Source of the DNA: Thermoleophilia bacterium
GTDB lineage: Bacteria > Actinomycetota > Thermoleophilia > UBA2241
Length of the DNA stretch: 64,000 bases
Direction: 5' to 3'
Assembly (NCBI GenBank): GCA_040769125.1
Contig: JAXGLO010000001.1
Span: 736,868-800,867 of the forward strand
In this document: positions 32,483 to 42,838 of the stretch, in pieces
How the letters are laid out: each line of letters starts with the position of its first letter
Numbering within the stretch: the first letter of the stretch is position 1
The notes under the pieces: model-generated
Database searches by the model: none
Seen by the model: only the letters and a program-made list of their open reading frames with translations
Told to the model about the DNA's origin: nothing
Position numbers and translations under genes: made by a program

Positions 32483-32974
32483 GAAGTCCCCTGATCTCGT
32501 GGTTGGGTGTGTATGGATCGTGAAGCCGAACGTCTCGCGCGTAGCCTGTGCGGGCTGTGGCTTCATGTCGTCACAGAGACCGTTGACCGCGTCAGATTGA
32601 CACGCCTGTCAGATCGCACTCCTGGTGAGGTGACAACTGCATCACGCTCATCGAGTGAAGGCGTTCCGCACTCGAGCAACTCATCGACACAGACAGCCTC
32701 TTTCTGCATAAGACCCTACACCGAGGCGGAGCGTCCGTGGAAGGCAGGCTGAACGGTGCGGCTCACGAAGCGGTGCGGCTCACGAAGCGATCGGCGACGG
32801 GAAGTGGGAGGGCGTGACCGTCGTCGTGGCGCTCTGGTTGTTCTGGCGCACTCGTCGGGGAGGAGGGGGGTGCGATGTGGCGCCGGGCTGCGAGCGGGTG
32901 GTGCTGTGGCGCCGGGCTGCGAGCGGGACGTGCTGTGCTGCCGGGCTACGGCCGCGCGCTGCCGCGCGGCGGCG

Positions 32975-34012
32975 CTACGGCCGCGCGGTGCCGCGTGGCG
33001 CCGACCGGCGACGCAGGGCGAAACCAAGCGCTACGGCGACCGCGAGCACAATGAGCGCTCCGATGATGCCGGAGAGGCTGGTGCCGGCGGCTGCGTTCGC
33101 CCCGTCTGGCTCGTCGCCTTCGCTCGACTTCAGGCTGTAGTCGGGCAGGATCGCCGTCTTCGCTTGCGCGTCGGCCGCCGCCTGGTGGGTGCCGGAATCG
33201 GCGACGAGTTCCTCCTCGGTCCCGGTGACCTTGGCGATGGACCATTCGAGGCCATCCGGGTACGCCGATGCGTACCACGACAGAACGCCGCCGGTGACGA
33301 GCGCGGCCACGGCGAGACCGATGACGACGGGCTTGAGCCGCAGGCCGCGCAGCGGCGTACGCGTAGCGCTGCGCTCGAGGAGCCCCGGCTCGGCGCGCCG
33401 GACGAAGAGCACCACGGCGGCGGTTATGAGACCTTCGACCACCCCGATGGCGAGATGGATCGGCAGCATCATGAGGGCGAAACTCCCGAAGGACAGCTCG
33501 GTGATGCCCGACGCGGTCGTCTCGACGACCACGCCGAACGCACCGAGGAGCAGGCCGAGAACAGCGGCGAGCACGCTTCCGGCGACGACGCGCGACCGGC
33601 TGAGGTCGGTGCCGGCGCCGGTGATCTTGCGGTAGACGAGCGGGTAGGCGATGAAGGCCGGGAAGAAGCCCAGGTTGAAGACGTTCGCTCCCAGCGCGAG
33701 CAGCCCGCCGTCGGCGAAGAAGAGCGCCTGCACGGCGAGGATCGAGGCCATCACAAGGAAGGCGGCCTCCGGCCCTAACAGGATCGCGAGGAGGAGGGCT
33801 CCGCCGATGTGGCCGCTCGACCCCGTGCCGGGGATCGTGAAGTTGATCATCTGCGCCGCGAACACGAACGCCCCGGCGACGCCCATGAGCGGGACCTTGC
33901 TCTCGTCGAGGTTCTCGCGGACCTTACGTGCGCTGTAGGCGACGGTCACCCCGGTGGCCACCCACATCGCGCCACCTACGGCGGGCGAGAGAAGAGCATC
34001 TGCCATGTGCAT
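32975..34012 (-). CDS. cbiM: ECF-type Ni/Co transporter substrate-capture component (CbiM/NikM fused to a CbiN-like C-terminus)
   Basis: N-terminus MHMADALLSPAVGG; the Met-His N-terminus is needed for metal binding. GAAGGAG RBS before this ATG. Polytopic TM core and a C-terminal PDGLEWS-containing extension. Confidence 0.8.
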   Translation of the reverse strand: MHMADALLSPAVGGAMWVATGVTVAYSARKVRENLDESKVPLMGVAGAFVFAAQMINFTIPGTGSSGHIGGALLLAILLGPEAAFLVMASILAVQALFFADGGLLALGANVFNLGFFPAFIAYPLVYRKITGAGTDLSRSRVVAGSVLAAVLGLLLGAFGVVVETTASGITELSFGSFALMMLPIHLAIGVVEGLITAAVVLFVRRAEPGLLERSATRTPLRGLRLKPVVIGLAVAALVTGGVLSWYASAYPDGLEWSIAKVTGTEEELVADSGTHQAAADAQAKTAILPDYSLKSSEGDEPDGANAAAGTSLSGIIGALIVLAVAVALGFALRRRSAPRGTARP

Positions 34013-34284
34013 CGGGCGGCTCCTTCGACGTTCGTCCGCCCGGCGAACCCACCCCTGCGGGGCGGGAGCGCCGCGTCCATGTGCTGCCGTGTTACGGACA
34101 GACAAGTCGTGCTACTATGCCGCGACTGTACGGGAATCTCGCGCGGACGTCAAGAGGTACACAGACCGTGGCACGACGAGAGCCGGGGGGTTGCTTGGCA
34201 TGGCATGCTCAGAGCTCACAAGTGACATGATGTGGGCGCTCGGCCGGCTCGTGACGGGCACGAAGAATGGAGAACGGAGGCGTG

Positions 34285-34701
34285 ATGGCGAACGTGGTGC
34301 GGTTCGGGGTGTCGATCGATGAGCGCCTGCTCGAGCGGTTCGACGCGCTCATCGCCGAGAAGGCCTACGTGAACCGCTCGGAGGCGCTCCGCGATCTCAT
34401 CCGCGCCTCGCTCGTCGAGGAGCAATGGGAGAAGGACGAGGGCGAGGTCGTCGGCACCGTAACGCTAGTCTACGACCATCACACCAGCGATCTCACCGAG
34501 CGGCTCGCCGAGAGCCAGCACAGCCATCACAAGGAGATCGTGTCGACGCTGCACGTCCACCTCGACGCGCACAACTGCCTCGAGGTGGTCGTCCTTCGCG
34601 GCGCGGCGCCGGACCTCAAGCGCATCGCCGACGGGCTCATCGGCACCAAGGGCGTGAAGCACGGCAAGTTTGTCGCCACGACGACCGGTGAGCTCGCCTG
34701 A
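34285..34701 (+). CDS. nikR: Nickel-responsive transcriptional regulator
   Basis: RHH N-terminus ([19 protein letters not shown]) and a C-terminal metal-binding domain with the HxxxxH ... H ... C signature ([26 protein letters not shown]). GGAGG RBS. Confidence 0.85.
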   Translation: MANVVRFGVSIDERLLERFDALIAEKAYVNRSEALRDLIRASLVEEQWEKDEGEVVGTVTLVYDHHTSDLTERLAESQHSHHKEIVSTLHVHLDAHNCLEVVVLRGAAPDLKRIADGLIGTKGVKHGKFVATTTGELA

Positions 34702-34713
34702 GCGAGGTGCCCC

Positions 34714-35526
34714 TTGTCGTCCGTCGCCACAGGTCTCTCCACCCTCGGCCGGCTCGACCGGTTGGCGCGTCAGGACACCGCCGTCCACCGCGTCGACCCG
34801 CGCGCCAAGGTCCTCGCCACGGCCGTCTTCATCGTCTGCGTGGTCTCGTTTGACCGGTACGAGGTCCTCGGCCTCGTGCCGTTCGTTCTCTTTCCCGTGG
34901 TACTGGCGGCGGAGGGCGACATCCCGTTCGGCTTTCTGGGGCGTCTGCTCCTCATGGTCTCGCCCTTCGCCCTGCTCGTGGGCGCGTTCAACCCGCTGCT
35001 CGACCGCGAGCTCGTTACGGTGGCCGGCGGTCTCGAGATCGCCGGCGGATGGGTCTCGTATGCGTCGATCCTGATGCGCTTCCTGCTGACCGCGGGGGTG
35101 GCGCTGGTGCTGACGGCGACGACCGGCTTCGCCGGAGTCTGCCTCGCGCTCGAACGCTTTCGCGTGCCCGACGTCCTGGTGACACAGCTGCTGCTCCTGT
35201 ACCGCTACGTCTTCGTGCTCGGCGACGAGGCGCTGCGCATGACGCGGGCGCGCTCGCTGCGCGCTGTCGGACGCCGCGGCACCGGCATGCGCGTGTACGC
35301 GCAGATGCTCGGGCAACTGCTGCTGCGCACCTTTGCCCGCGCTCAGCGCGTGTACCAGGCGATGACCTGCCGCGGCTTCGACGGCCGTGTGCGTATCGCC
35401 CGTCAGCTGCGTCTTCAGGTGTCCGACGTCGTCTTCGTCGGCGGCTGGTCGGCGGTGTTCGTCCTGTTCCGGCTTGTCGATGTGACGACGCTGATCGGCG
35501 ATCTCGTCACGGGGGTCGGGGGGTGA
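34714..35526 (+). CDS. cbiQ: ECF transporter transmembrane (T) component
   Basis: CbiQ family signature with the conserved ARxLR region (RMTRARSLRAVGRRGTG). Confidence 0.85.
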   Translation: MSSVATGLSTLGRLDRLARQDTAVHRVDPRAKVLATAVFIVCVVSFDRYEVLGLVPFVLFPVVLAAEGDIPFGFLGRLLLMVSPFALLVGAFNPLLDRELVTVAGGLEIAGGWVSYASILMRFLLTAGVALVLTATTGFAGVCLALERFRVPDVLVTQLLLLYRYVFVLGDEALRMTRARSLRAVGRRGTGMRVYAQMLGQLLLRTFARAQRVYQAMTCRGFDGRVRIARQLRLQVSDVVFVGGWSAVFVLFRLVDVTTLIGDLVTGVGG

Positions 35527-36368
35527 GCCACCACACGATCACGGTCGTGGACCTGAGCTTCTCGTACCCCGACGGGACGAAGGCGCTGGACGGCGTCTCG
35601 TTCGAGGTCGAGCACGGCGAGGCCATCGCCGTGGTCGGCGCTAATGGTGCCGGAAAGTCGACGCTGCTCATGCACCTGAACGGGCTGCTCACAGCGTCGC
35701 ACGGTTCCGTCGACATCGGCGGCACGCCGGTGACGAAGGGGACGCTGGATGCGATCCGGCGGACGGTCGGCATGGTCTTTCAGGATCCGGACGACCAGCT
35801 CTTCATGCCGACCGTCGCCGAGGATGTGGGCTTTGGCCCCCTCAACATCGGCCTGCCGCCCGAGGACGTGGAGCGTCGCGTCGACGACGCGCTGGCCCGC
35901 GTCGACGCGGCGGGCCTCAAGGATCGGGCGCCGTACCATCTCTCGGGGGGCGAGAAGCGCGCCGTCGCGATCGCCACGGTGCTCGCCATGGAGCCGGCGA
36001 TCCTCGTCATGGACGAACCGTCGAGCGGCCTCGACCCCAGGGCGCGCCGGCGGGTGATCGGCCTGCTCCGCTCCTTCGAGCACACGCGTATCGTCGCTAC
36101 ACACGACCTCGACCTGGCGGCCGATCTCTGCGAGCGGACCATCGTCATGAGCGCCGGCCGCATCGCTGCCGATGGCCCGACGCGCGAGGTGTTCGGCGAC
36201 GATGCGCTGCTCGAGGCGTGCGGGCTCGAGCGGCCGCTGGGCATGCAAGCTTGCCCGGTCTGCGGCGCGAAGAGCGGGCCGACAGGCGGGCCGGCGCTGT
36301 CGAGTGCCGAGCCCGCCGAGCCGAACACCGTGCCCGCCGAGCCGAACACCGTGCCCGCCGAGGGCTGA
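35523..36368 (+). CDS. cbiO: ECF transporter ATPase component
   Basis: Walker A GANGAGKST, signature LSGGEKRAV, Walker B LVMDEP. GTG start overlapping the cbiQ stop. The C-terminus has a 21-nt tandem duplication (AEPNTVPAEPNTVPAEG). Confidence 0.85.
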   Translation: MSHHTITVVDLSFSYPDGTKALDGVSFEVEHGEAIAVVGANGAGKSTLLMHLNGLLTASHGSVDIGGTPVTKGTLDAIRRTVGMVFQDPDDQLFMPTVAEDVGFGPLNIGLPPEDVERRVDDALARVDAAGLKDRAPYHLSGGEKRAVAIATVLAMEPAILVMDEPSSGLDPRARRRVIGLLRSFEHTRIVATHDLDLAADLCERTIVMSAGRIAADGPTREVFGDDALLEACGLERPLGMQACPVCGAKSGPTGGPALSSAEPAEPNTVPAEPNTVPAEG

Positions 36369-36503
36369 CGTTCGAGCCTGCCGGGCTGGTCGGCGAGATC
36401 GACGCACTCGACCACCGGGGTGTGCCGGTGGTTGACGCTGGATGGTGGGGGACAGCGTACGCGCCGGGGGCTTGTGCTCACGCCCCCGGCGCGTATGCTC
36501 CAG

Positions 36504-37775
36504 TCAGCCCGCCAGCGCTGCGCGAGGCTCCAGCGGCCCGGGGCCGTGCATGCGGGCGACGACTCCGTTGTCGAGCAGCCGCAGGCACTCGGACAGGGTC
36601 ATCTCGGTTCCCAGCTGCCCCATGAGGATGCCCGCGTTGGCGGTGCGGCCGATGAGCACGAAGCCGGTGAGCCGCCCGTCGGCGAACACGAAGCGTCGGT
36701 GGGAGTCGTAGTGCGGCTCGGAGATCACCTCGACCGTTGAGCCGGGCTCGCGCCCTCGTCCGTCGCCCCCGCAGATGGCCCCCAGGCCGAAGAAGCTGAG
36801 CGAGTTCATCGACACCGTGCCCGCATACGCCAGGTCGGCTCCGGCCATATTCGCGCCCGCGATCGCGCCTTGTTCGGTGGCGTTGGGCCAGATCGCGTAC
36901 GATGCGCGGGTACCGGTGAGCCGGTCGGTGGGCATCGCTACATCGCCCGCGGCCCAGACGTCGGACACCGATGTGCGCAGGCGGTCGTCGACCTCGATCG
37001 CCCCGTTGCACAGTGTGAACTCGGGCGGGACGAAGCTCGTGTTGGGATGCACGCCCTTGCCCATGAAGACGAGGTCGCACGGCACCACTTCGCCGGTATC
37101 GAGCTCGAGCCCCTGGCAGCCGCCGTCATCGCCGTGCAGGAGCCGGGCGGCCGACGCGCCGAAGATGAACCGCACGCCGCCCTCCTCCAGCCGACGCCTG
37201 AGCACGTCGGCGCTCTCGTGGTCGAACTGCTGCGAGAGGATGTGCTGCGAGGTCACGATGATCGTGATGTCCTGCCCGTGCTCGGCGAGGGCGCCCGCCG
37301 TCTTCAGGCTCACCAGCCCGGCGCCCAGCACCGCCACGCGTTTGCGCTGCCCATCGATAGCGGCAAGCAGCGCCTCGGCGTCTGCCATGGTGCGCATCAC
37401 GAACACGTCGCCCGGCCCCGCGCCCTCGATCTCCTGGCGGTTGGCTGAGGCGCCGCTGGCGATCAGCAGCTTGTCGTAGCCGATCGCTGAGCCGTCATCG
37501 AGGTCGATCTCGCGCTCGGCAGGGCGTAGACCGGTGACCCGCTTGCCGCCCACGAACTCGATACGGAGCCGTTCGTTGTGGTCGGCGGGACGGATGCGCA
37601 TGCGCTCGGGGGTAGTCTGGCCCCCCACGAAATACGTGGTGAGGCAGCGCGAGTACGCCTGCTCGCGCTCCTCACTCACGATCGTGACCGAGCCGTCGGG
37701 GTCTCTGGCGCGGATGGCGTCAGCGGCAAAGACACCTGCAGCGCTGTTTCCGATGATGACGTAGCGCATCGCCAT
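36504..37775 (-). CDS. FAD-dependent pyridine nucleotide-disulfide oxidoreductase
   Basis: Two Rossmann dinucleotide-binding motifs (VIIGNSAAG; VAVLGAGLVSL) and AAGDVA, typical of NADH oxidase/CoA-disulfide reductase-like proteins found with cooS. Confidence 0.85.
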   Translation of the reverse strand: MAMRYVIIGNSAAGVFAADAIRARDPDGSVTIVSEEREQAYSRCLTTYFVGGQTTPERMRIRPADHNERLRIEFVGGKRVTGLRPAEREIDLDDGSAIGYDKLLIASGASANRQEIEGAGPGDVFVMRTMADAEALLAAIDGQRKRVAVLGAGLVSLKTAGALAEHGQDITIIVTSQHILSQQFDHESADVLRRRLEEGGVRFIFGASAARLLHGDDGGCQGLELDTGEVVPCDLVFMGKGVHPNTSFVPPEFTLCNGAIEVDDRLRTSVSDVWAAGDVAMPTDRLTGTRASYAIWPNATEQGAIAGANMAGADLAYAGTVSMNSLSFFGLGAICGGDGRGREPGSTVEVISEPHYDSHRRFVFADGRLTGFVLIGRTANAGILMGQLGTEMTLSECLRLLDNGVVARMHGPGPLEPRAALAG

Positions 37776-39673
37776 CAGATTCCAAGTGCGGTGCGCTTCG
37801 CCTTGATGTGTTCCACCATCGCCTCAGCCGCTTTCACCGGGTCGGGCTCCACGAGGAAGACGCCGCCGGTGAGCGACGTGAGATCCTCGGTCAGCACCTT
37901 CACCACGGTGGGGCCGCCGAGTACGTAGGGCGCCATGCCCACGTGCGTGAGCAGCCCGAGGTCCACGGCCCACGTGCCGATGGAGATGGCCTTCTCGTGT
38001 GAGAGCTCGGGCGCCGACGCCGCCACGGGCAGGTCCTTCACGGCCACGCCGAGGTACGCCGCCAGTGCGCCGAGCAGGTCGCCGATGCGGCTGTTGTCCA
38101 CGCAGCTGCCCATGTGCAGCACCGGTGGCAGCGGCTGGCCGAGGCCGGCGGCCTCTCCCACGGCGGTGAGCACCGCGCGGAGGCCATCGCCGGCGTAGTC
38201 GGCGGCGCCCTGCGGGTTCATCAGGCCCACCTTGCCGCAGGCGTGTGCGGCGCAGCCGGTGACGACCACCAGCACGTTCTGGCGCACAAGCTCCTTGGCG
38301 ATGGTGACGATGTTGCGGTCCTGCGGGAAGCGCGGGTTGTTGCACCCCACGATGCCCACCGCGCCCAGCACGTTGCCGGCCACGATGTTGTCGACGAGCG
38401 GCTTGAGCGGGCTCTCGGCGTCGATCGCCGAAAGCGCTCCGACGATCGCCTCCACGGAGAAGCCGCCCCACATCTCGCACTTGTCGCTCGGGATGTCTAC
38501 ACGCGCGAGGTCGCGGCTCTTGTAGGCCTCGATGCCCATCCGCACGATTGCCGCGGCGTCTTCGTCGGCGGTCTTGGCGTCGAACGGAACGTACTCGGCG
38601 CCGGGGATCTTGCCGATCTCGTGCGTCGTGACGACCTTGGTGTGGTAGCACGCGGCGATCTGCGGCAGCGACGGCATGATGCACTGCACGTCCACGACCA
38701 TGAGGTCGACCGCGCCGGTGATGATGGCCAGCTCCTGCGAGAGGTAGTTGCCTGCTGCGGCGATGCCCTGGCGCATCAGCACTTCGTTGCCGGTGCAGCA
38801 CAGCCCGGAGAGCTGGATGCCGGCGGCGCCCGCCGCTACGGCCTCGGGCTCGAGCTTGCGCGCCCACTCCACGATCTTCTCGGAGAGGAACGGCACGTGC
38901 CCGTGCACGATGATGTTGACCTTGTCCTTCGCCAGCACGCCGAGGTTGGCCTCGGTCTTCACCGGCTGGGGCGTGCCGAATACGATGTCCTGCACGTCCG
39001 TGGCGAGCTTGAGTCCGGAGTAGCCGTCCACAAGCCCCATCCTCAGCGTGTTCAGCAGGATGCTCACCGGATCCGCGTCGCAGCCCATGGTGGTTGCGTG
39101 CATCACGCGGCGGATCTCCTGGTCGGGCGAGCGGGGCAGGATGCCGAGCTCGCCCCACGCCTCCACCCGCTCGGCCGGCGCCATGGCCTTCAGGTAGGCG
39201 TTGGGCTCAGAGCCGGCGGCGAACGTGCCGAGGATGAAACGCGCTACCTCCTTGGCGAGCGCGTACTTGTCTTTGCCGTCGGCCTCGATGCCGAGCGCCG
39301 ATGCGATGGCGCCGAGCTTAGCCTCGTCGGTGATGTCGTACGGAGCGGCTTTGTCGGCGGCCAGCTCGAGGATCTCCACCGTCTCGTACGCGTGGTCCAC
39401 GTGCGTGGCGGCGCCGCCGGTGGTGCTGCGCAGCAAGTTGCGCGCAACGATCGTGTCGGCCGACGCGCCACAGATCCCTGCGCTCGGCTCGCCGAACGGG
39501 TTGATACGGCAGGGGCCCTGCAAGCAGTTCCGGCAGCATACGCCGAGCTCGCCAAAGCCGCACTGCGGCTGCTGGGCGTCGTATCGGTCCCAGGTGATCT
39601 GAACGCCCTCGGCATACGCCTTGTCGATCATCTTGCGCGACGCCGGGTCGATTGATTTACGGAAGCTGTCCAC
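37775..39673 (-). CDS. cooS: Anaerobic Ni-dependent carbon monoxide dehydrogenase catalytic subunit
   Basis: N-terminal Cys cluster CGFGELGVCCRNCLQGPCRI and the conserved CooS/AcsA core across ~630 aa. Confidence 0.95.
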   Translation of the reverse strand: MDSFRKSIDPASRKMIDKAYAEGVQITWDRYDAQQPQCGFGELGVCCRNCLQGPCRINPFGEPSAGICGASADTIVARNLLRSTTGGAATHVDHAYETVEILELAADKAAPYDITDEAKLGAIASALGIEADGKDKYALAKEVARFILGTFAAGSEPNAYLKAMAPAERVEAWGELGILPRSPDQEIRRVMHATTMGCDADPVSILLNTLRMGLVDGYSGLKLATDVQDIVFGTPQPVKTEANLGVLAKDKVNIIVHGHVPFLSEKIVEWARKLEPEAVAAGAAGIQLSGLCCTGNEVLMRQGIAAAGNYLSQELAIITGAVDLMVVDVQCIMPSLPQIAACYHTKVVTTHEIGKIPGAEYVPFDAKTADEDAAAIVRMGIEAYKSRDLARVDIPSDKCEMWGGFSVEAIVGALSAIDAESPLKPLVDNIVAGNVLGAVGIVGCNNPRFPQDRNIVTIAKELVRQNVLVVVTGCAAHACGKVGLMNPQGAADYAGDGLRAVLTAVGEAAGLGQPLPPVLHMGSCVDNSRIGDLLGALAAYLGVAVKDLPVAASAPELSHEKAISIGTWAVDLGLLTHVGMAPYVLGGPTVVKVLTEDLTSLTGGVFLVEPDPVKAAEAMVEHIKAKRTALGI

Positions 39674-39675
39674 GG

Positions 39676-40167
39676 TTACACCTCCTCCTGCCGTAGATAG
39701 GTGACGACGAAGTCACGCTTCTTCTCGCGGCTGAACTCCTCGACCTCGGCCGCGTGCAGCGCGCCCGTTGGGCATGCGGCGACGCACGCAGGCCCTTCCA
39801 GATGGACGCACAGGTCGCACTTCACGGCCTTGTGGTCGGCGCCCTGTGTGACCGCACCGAACGGGCAGGTCATCACGCACATCCAGCACCCGACGCACTT
39901 GTCGGCGTCGCACAGCACCGTGCCGCTCTCGTCGCGGTAGAGCGCTCCGCTCATGCACGCGCGCATGCACGCCGCGTCGGTGCAGTGCCGGCACTGCAGC
40001 GGGAAGCGCAGCCCGCCGTCCTCCAGCACCGTGATGGATACGGGTGGGCGTTCGCCGGCCAGCACGGCCCCCAAAAAGCTCCCCGCCGTGCTGTGTGCGG
40101 CGGCACATGCTAGTTCGCACGTGTGGCAGCCGAGGCACTTCTGGATGTCTACCAGGACTCCTCGCAT
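39676..40167 (-). CDS. cooF: 4Fe-4S ferredoxin-type iron-sulfur protein (CooF-like)
   Basis: Multiple CxxCxxCxxxC(P) clusters. Confidence 0.85.
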   Translation of the reverse strand: MRGVLVDIQKCLGCHTCELACAAAHSTAGSFLGAVLAGERPPVSITVLEDGGLRFPLQCRHCTDAACMRACMSGALYRDESGTVLCDADKCVGCWMCVMTCPFGAVTQGADHKAVKCDLCVHLEGPACVAACPTGALHAAEVEEFSREKKRDFVVTYLRQEEV

Positions 40168-40200
40168 GGCTCCTAACCCCCCTTCAACTTTCGTTGTTGC

Positions 40201-40986
40201 TCATTCGTCTTCAAGCCGCTCCCTGATGGTGTGGAGCAGCCGCCTGAACGCCTCCTTCTCCTCCTCGGTAAGAACGTCGTATGCCGAGCTCCCGTCGCGG
40301 TCCGACAGGCGCACCCGCTCGATAGTCGGCAGCGCTCCGATGAGGGGCCGCTCGCCGAGCGCCGAGGTGATGAAGTCGAGGTCGTCCGGGGTGGCCACTT
40401 TGTTGGCGAGCCATAGTATCCGTTCGACGCCGATCTCGGCGCACATGCGCTCGATCTCAAACCCACATTGCACCGACCGCACGCCCGGCTCCACCACCAC
40501 GAGCATCGCGTCTACGCTGCGCGCGGTGGCCCGGCCGAGGTGCTCCACACCGGCCTCCATGTCCATCAGGAGCGTCTCGTCCCGCGCCAGCACGAGTTCG
40601 TCGACGAGCGAGCGGATGAAGGTGGACTCGGGGCACGCACAGCCGCCGCCTCCACGGGAGGCCGCACCCACCACCAGCAGATGGAGCCCCCGGACGGGAT
40701 AGGCGAATCGCTCGGCGACATCTGACACATCCGGGTTGAGCGTGAAGATCTGACCCGAGCTCCTGACCTTGGCGCCGGTGCGCTCCTCGATCAGGCCGAC
40801 CTCCTCGGCGACGGTGGTGATCTGCGCCTGCTCGGCACGTGGGATGCCGAGCGTGGAGGCCACGTTGGCGTCGGGGTCGGCATCAAGAAGGATGACCCGC
40901 TCGCCATCGTCGGCGAGCAGGAGGGAAAACACAGTTGCGACGGTCGTCTTGCCGACGCCGCCTTTACCAGTGATCGCTAGTTTCAG
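40201..40986 (-). CDS. cooC: CODH nickel-insertion accessory ATPase (MinD/ParA family)
   Basis: Reading upstream of the track Met, the frame encodes (L/M)KLAITGKGGVGKTT, the canonical CooC Walker A. It would have to start at a CTG at 40986, with GGTGG 9 nt upstream. A nearby ATG with a strong RBS lies in a different frame and terminates after 8 codons. Confidence 0.75.
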   Translation of the reverse strand: MKLAITGKGGVGKTTVATVFSLLLADDGERVILLDADPDANVASTLGIPRAEQAQITTVAEEVGLIEERTGAKVRSSGQIFTLNPDVSDVAERFAYPVRGLHLLVVGAASRGGGGCACPESTFIRSLVDELVLARDETLLMDMEAGVEHLGRATARSVDAMLVVVEPGVRSVQCGFEIERMCAEIGVERILWLANKVATPDDLDFITSALGERPLIGALPTIERVRLSDRDGSSAYDVLTEEEKEAFRRLLHTIRERLEDE

Positions 40987-41112
40987 GGCTGACCACCACC
41001 CACGATCATCTGAGCTTCCTCCCGCTTATACAGTATACCCCGAAACGTACCCCGAAACGGTCCGGAAGCTGCGGATTTGGTGAGCAAGAGCAGGCGCGAC
41101 AGGCAAGACAGA

Positions 41113-42270
41113 CTACGTTGCATTCACGACTCGATTTCTTCCAGTCTCTTTTGCCTTGTACAGGGCATTGTCACTTTCACGCATCGCATCATCGATATCG
41201 CCGGCACTCTGGGGGATAAAGGTCTTGATGCCGGCACTCGTGGTAATCCGGATGTTCGGGCCAATAACGAGTTCCTGAATTGCCAGACGTATCCGCTCCG
41301 CCAGGCTAGTTGCGCCGTCGCTATCTTCGAGTGTCAGGAGCGCAAACTCCTCGCCCCCGATACGGGCAAAAAGGTCATACGGGCGAATCTTCTGATGAAT
41401 GGTCTCCACAAACGATTTCAGAACGACGTCGCCTTGCTGATGGCCATAGGTATCGTTGACTCTCTTGAAATGATCGATATCCAGCATGATGATCGAGGCG
41501 GCGAGGCTGCGTCTGACTGCATAGCTGAGGATCTCGGTGCTCTTGTCGAAGAATGATCTTCTGTTCAGAGCGCCGGTCAAAGGGTCGGTGGTTGCGGCGA
41601 TGATCAGTTTTTTGTCGGTTTCCTCCTTGGCCAAAACCATGAACCCGATGTTGGAGACAATCGTCGATATGAACAAGAGGAGAAATGTTGTGGTCTGGGG
41701 ACCGGCTGAGGTGAGCAGGCTGAAGCTGACTACGTGCGCGGACCATGTTCGCACCAAAAACGCTACCCCGAGCACAACAAAGATTGCTCCGATAGCGAAT
41801 CTCAGACGTTCCTTCCAGCCGCCACGCAACAGCATGATGCCGCCCAGCACGAACATGCATGAGAGGATGATGCTCGACACGATGACGTAGCGTGATTCCG
41901 GCAAGGCACTCGAAGGGATCGCATACACAGCCACAAACGTAACGGCCCCTAGTGCAGCGACAAGACGAAAAGACCAGATAAATCTGACGGATGCCTTTTC
42001 GAGGATACAAAATGCTGTCATTTGAAGTGCATATCCTGCATATATGATTATGTTGCCGACACATCCAGAAAGCCAGAATGGAATAGCTTCACGCAGATAC
42101 AACAGGCAATATCCGGCAGTCAGGCACGACAGTCCTGAAATGAATATCATTAGGGAATGTGTTTTGTTTCTCTGCCTGTCATAAAGTAGCAGCAGAATGA
42201 GCACGAGTGCATTGGCAATCGAAATCAATATCAATGTGGTTTTTACATCAAGTAGAGCGAATGAATGCAT
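41113..42270 (-). CDS. Membrane-bound diguanylate cyclase (multi-TM sensor + GGDEF)
   Basis: About 7 TM helices, then a GGDEF domain with RIGGEEF. The region is visibly AT-richer than its flanks. Confidence 0.85.
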   Translation of the reverse strand: MHSFALLDVKTTLILISIANALVLILLLLYDRQRNKTHSLMIFISGLSCLTAGYCLLYLREAIPFWLSGCVGNIIIYAGYALQMTAFCILEKASVRFIWSFRLVAALGAVTFVAVYAIPSSALPESRYVIVSSIILSCMFVLGGIMLLRGGWKERLRFAIGAIFVVLGVAFLVRTWSAHVVSFSLLTSAGPQTTTFLLLFISTIVSNIGFMVLAKEETDKKLIIAATTDPLTGALNRRSFFDKSTEILSYAVRRSLAASIIMLDIDHFKRVNDTYGHQQGDVVLKSFVETIHQKIRPYDLFARIGGEEFALLTLEDSDGATSLAERIRLAIQELVIGPNIRITTSAGIKTFIPQSAGDIDDAMRESDNALYKAKETGRNRVVNAT

Positions 42271-42550
42271 TTGCCCTCCCTGTTATTTGATAAGCACAAC
42301 ACCCGTCCGTGGGGAATAGGAGACCCAGTAATGCAACTATGTCGGCAGTCTTCATATTCCTGCGCTCAACGTGCCTGCGCTTCAGCTGCGCGCTGAGCAC
42401 TGTGCATATCAGAATACCGTGTGTTGCGTCAGCTGGAAGCGCGCGTCAGGCTCCACGCGTTCCGTCCGTGTCTTCCACGAACGGCCATCCAGCCAGATGT
42501 CGAGAGAGAAGGATGGCGCTGATCGTCTGGGTGAAGGTGGCAACTGTTAA

Positions 42551-42644
42551 CGCTGGTCTCTGTCAACGCCGGTCTCAAACTGACCCAGCTCAGCCGGTCT
42601 CGAACTGATCCAGCTCAGCCGGTCTCGAGCTGACCCAGCTTCAG
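42551..42644. repeat. Three tandem ~25-nt repeats (GCCGGTCTCGAACTGAYCCAGCTCA), then TCTTGG microrepeats
   Basis: ccggtctcaaactgacccagctca / gccggtctcgaactgatccagctca / gccggtctcgagctgacccagcttca, then gccgtcttggtcttggtcttggcgtctttggc. Confidence 0.7.
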
Positions 42645-42838
42645 GCCGTCTTGGTCTTGGTCTTGGCGTCTTTGGCTGAGAGCCTGCCGGCCTTGCGTTT
42701 GTCGCGCAGGCGGTGGCTTGAGGCGGGGGGGAGCACTACAGGAGCACTACAGGGGAGCGCTACATGCGCGCGCTTCCGGTGTCTACCTACGGAGCTCGCG
42801 GCGTCCGCTCGATGCATTTGCTCGGGGGCAGCGCTCGG

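Noticed and set aside
35049-36368. 439-aa ORF starting inside cbiQ
   Set aside because: Its N-terminal portion is an out-of-frame read of cbiQ (Arg/Ala-rich). The genuine cbiO product begins at the GTG at 35523 with Walker A shortly after.
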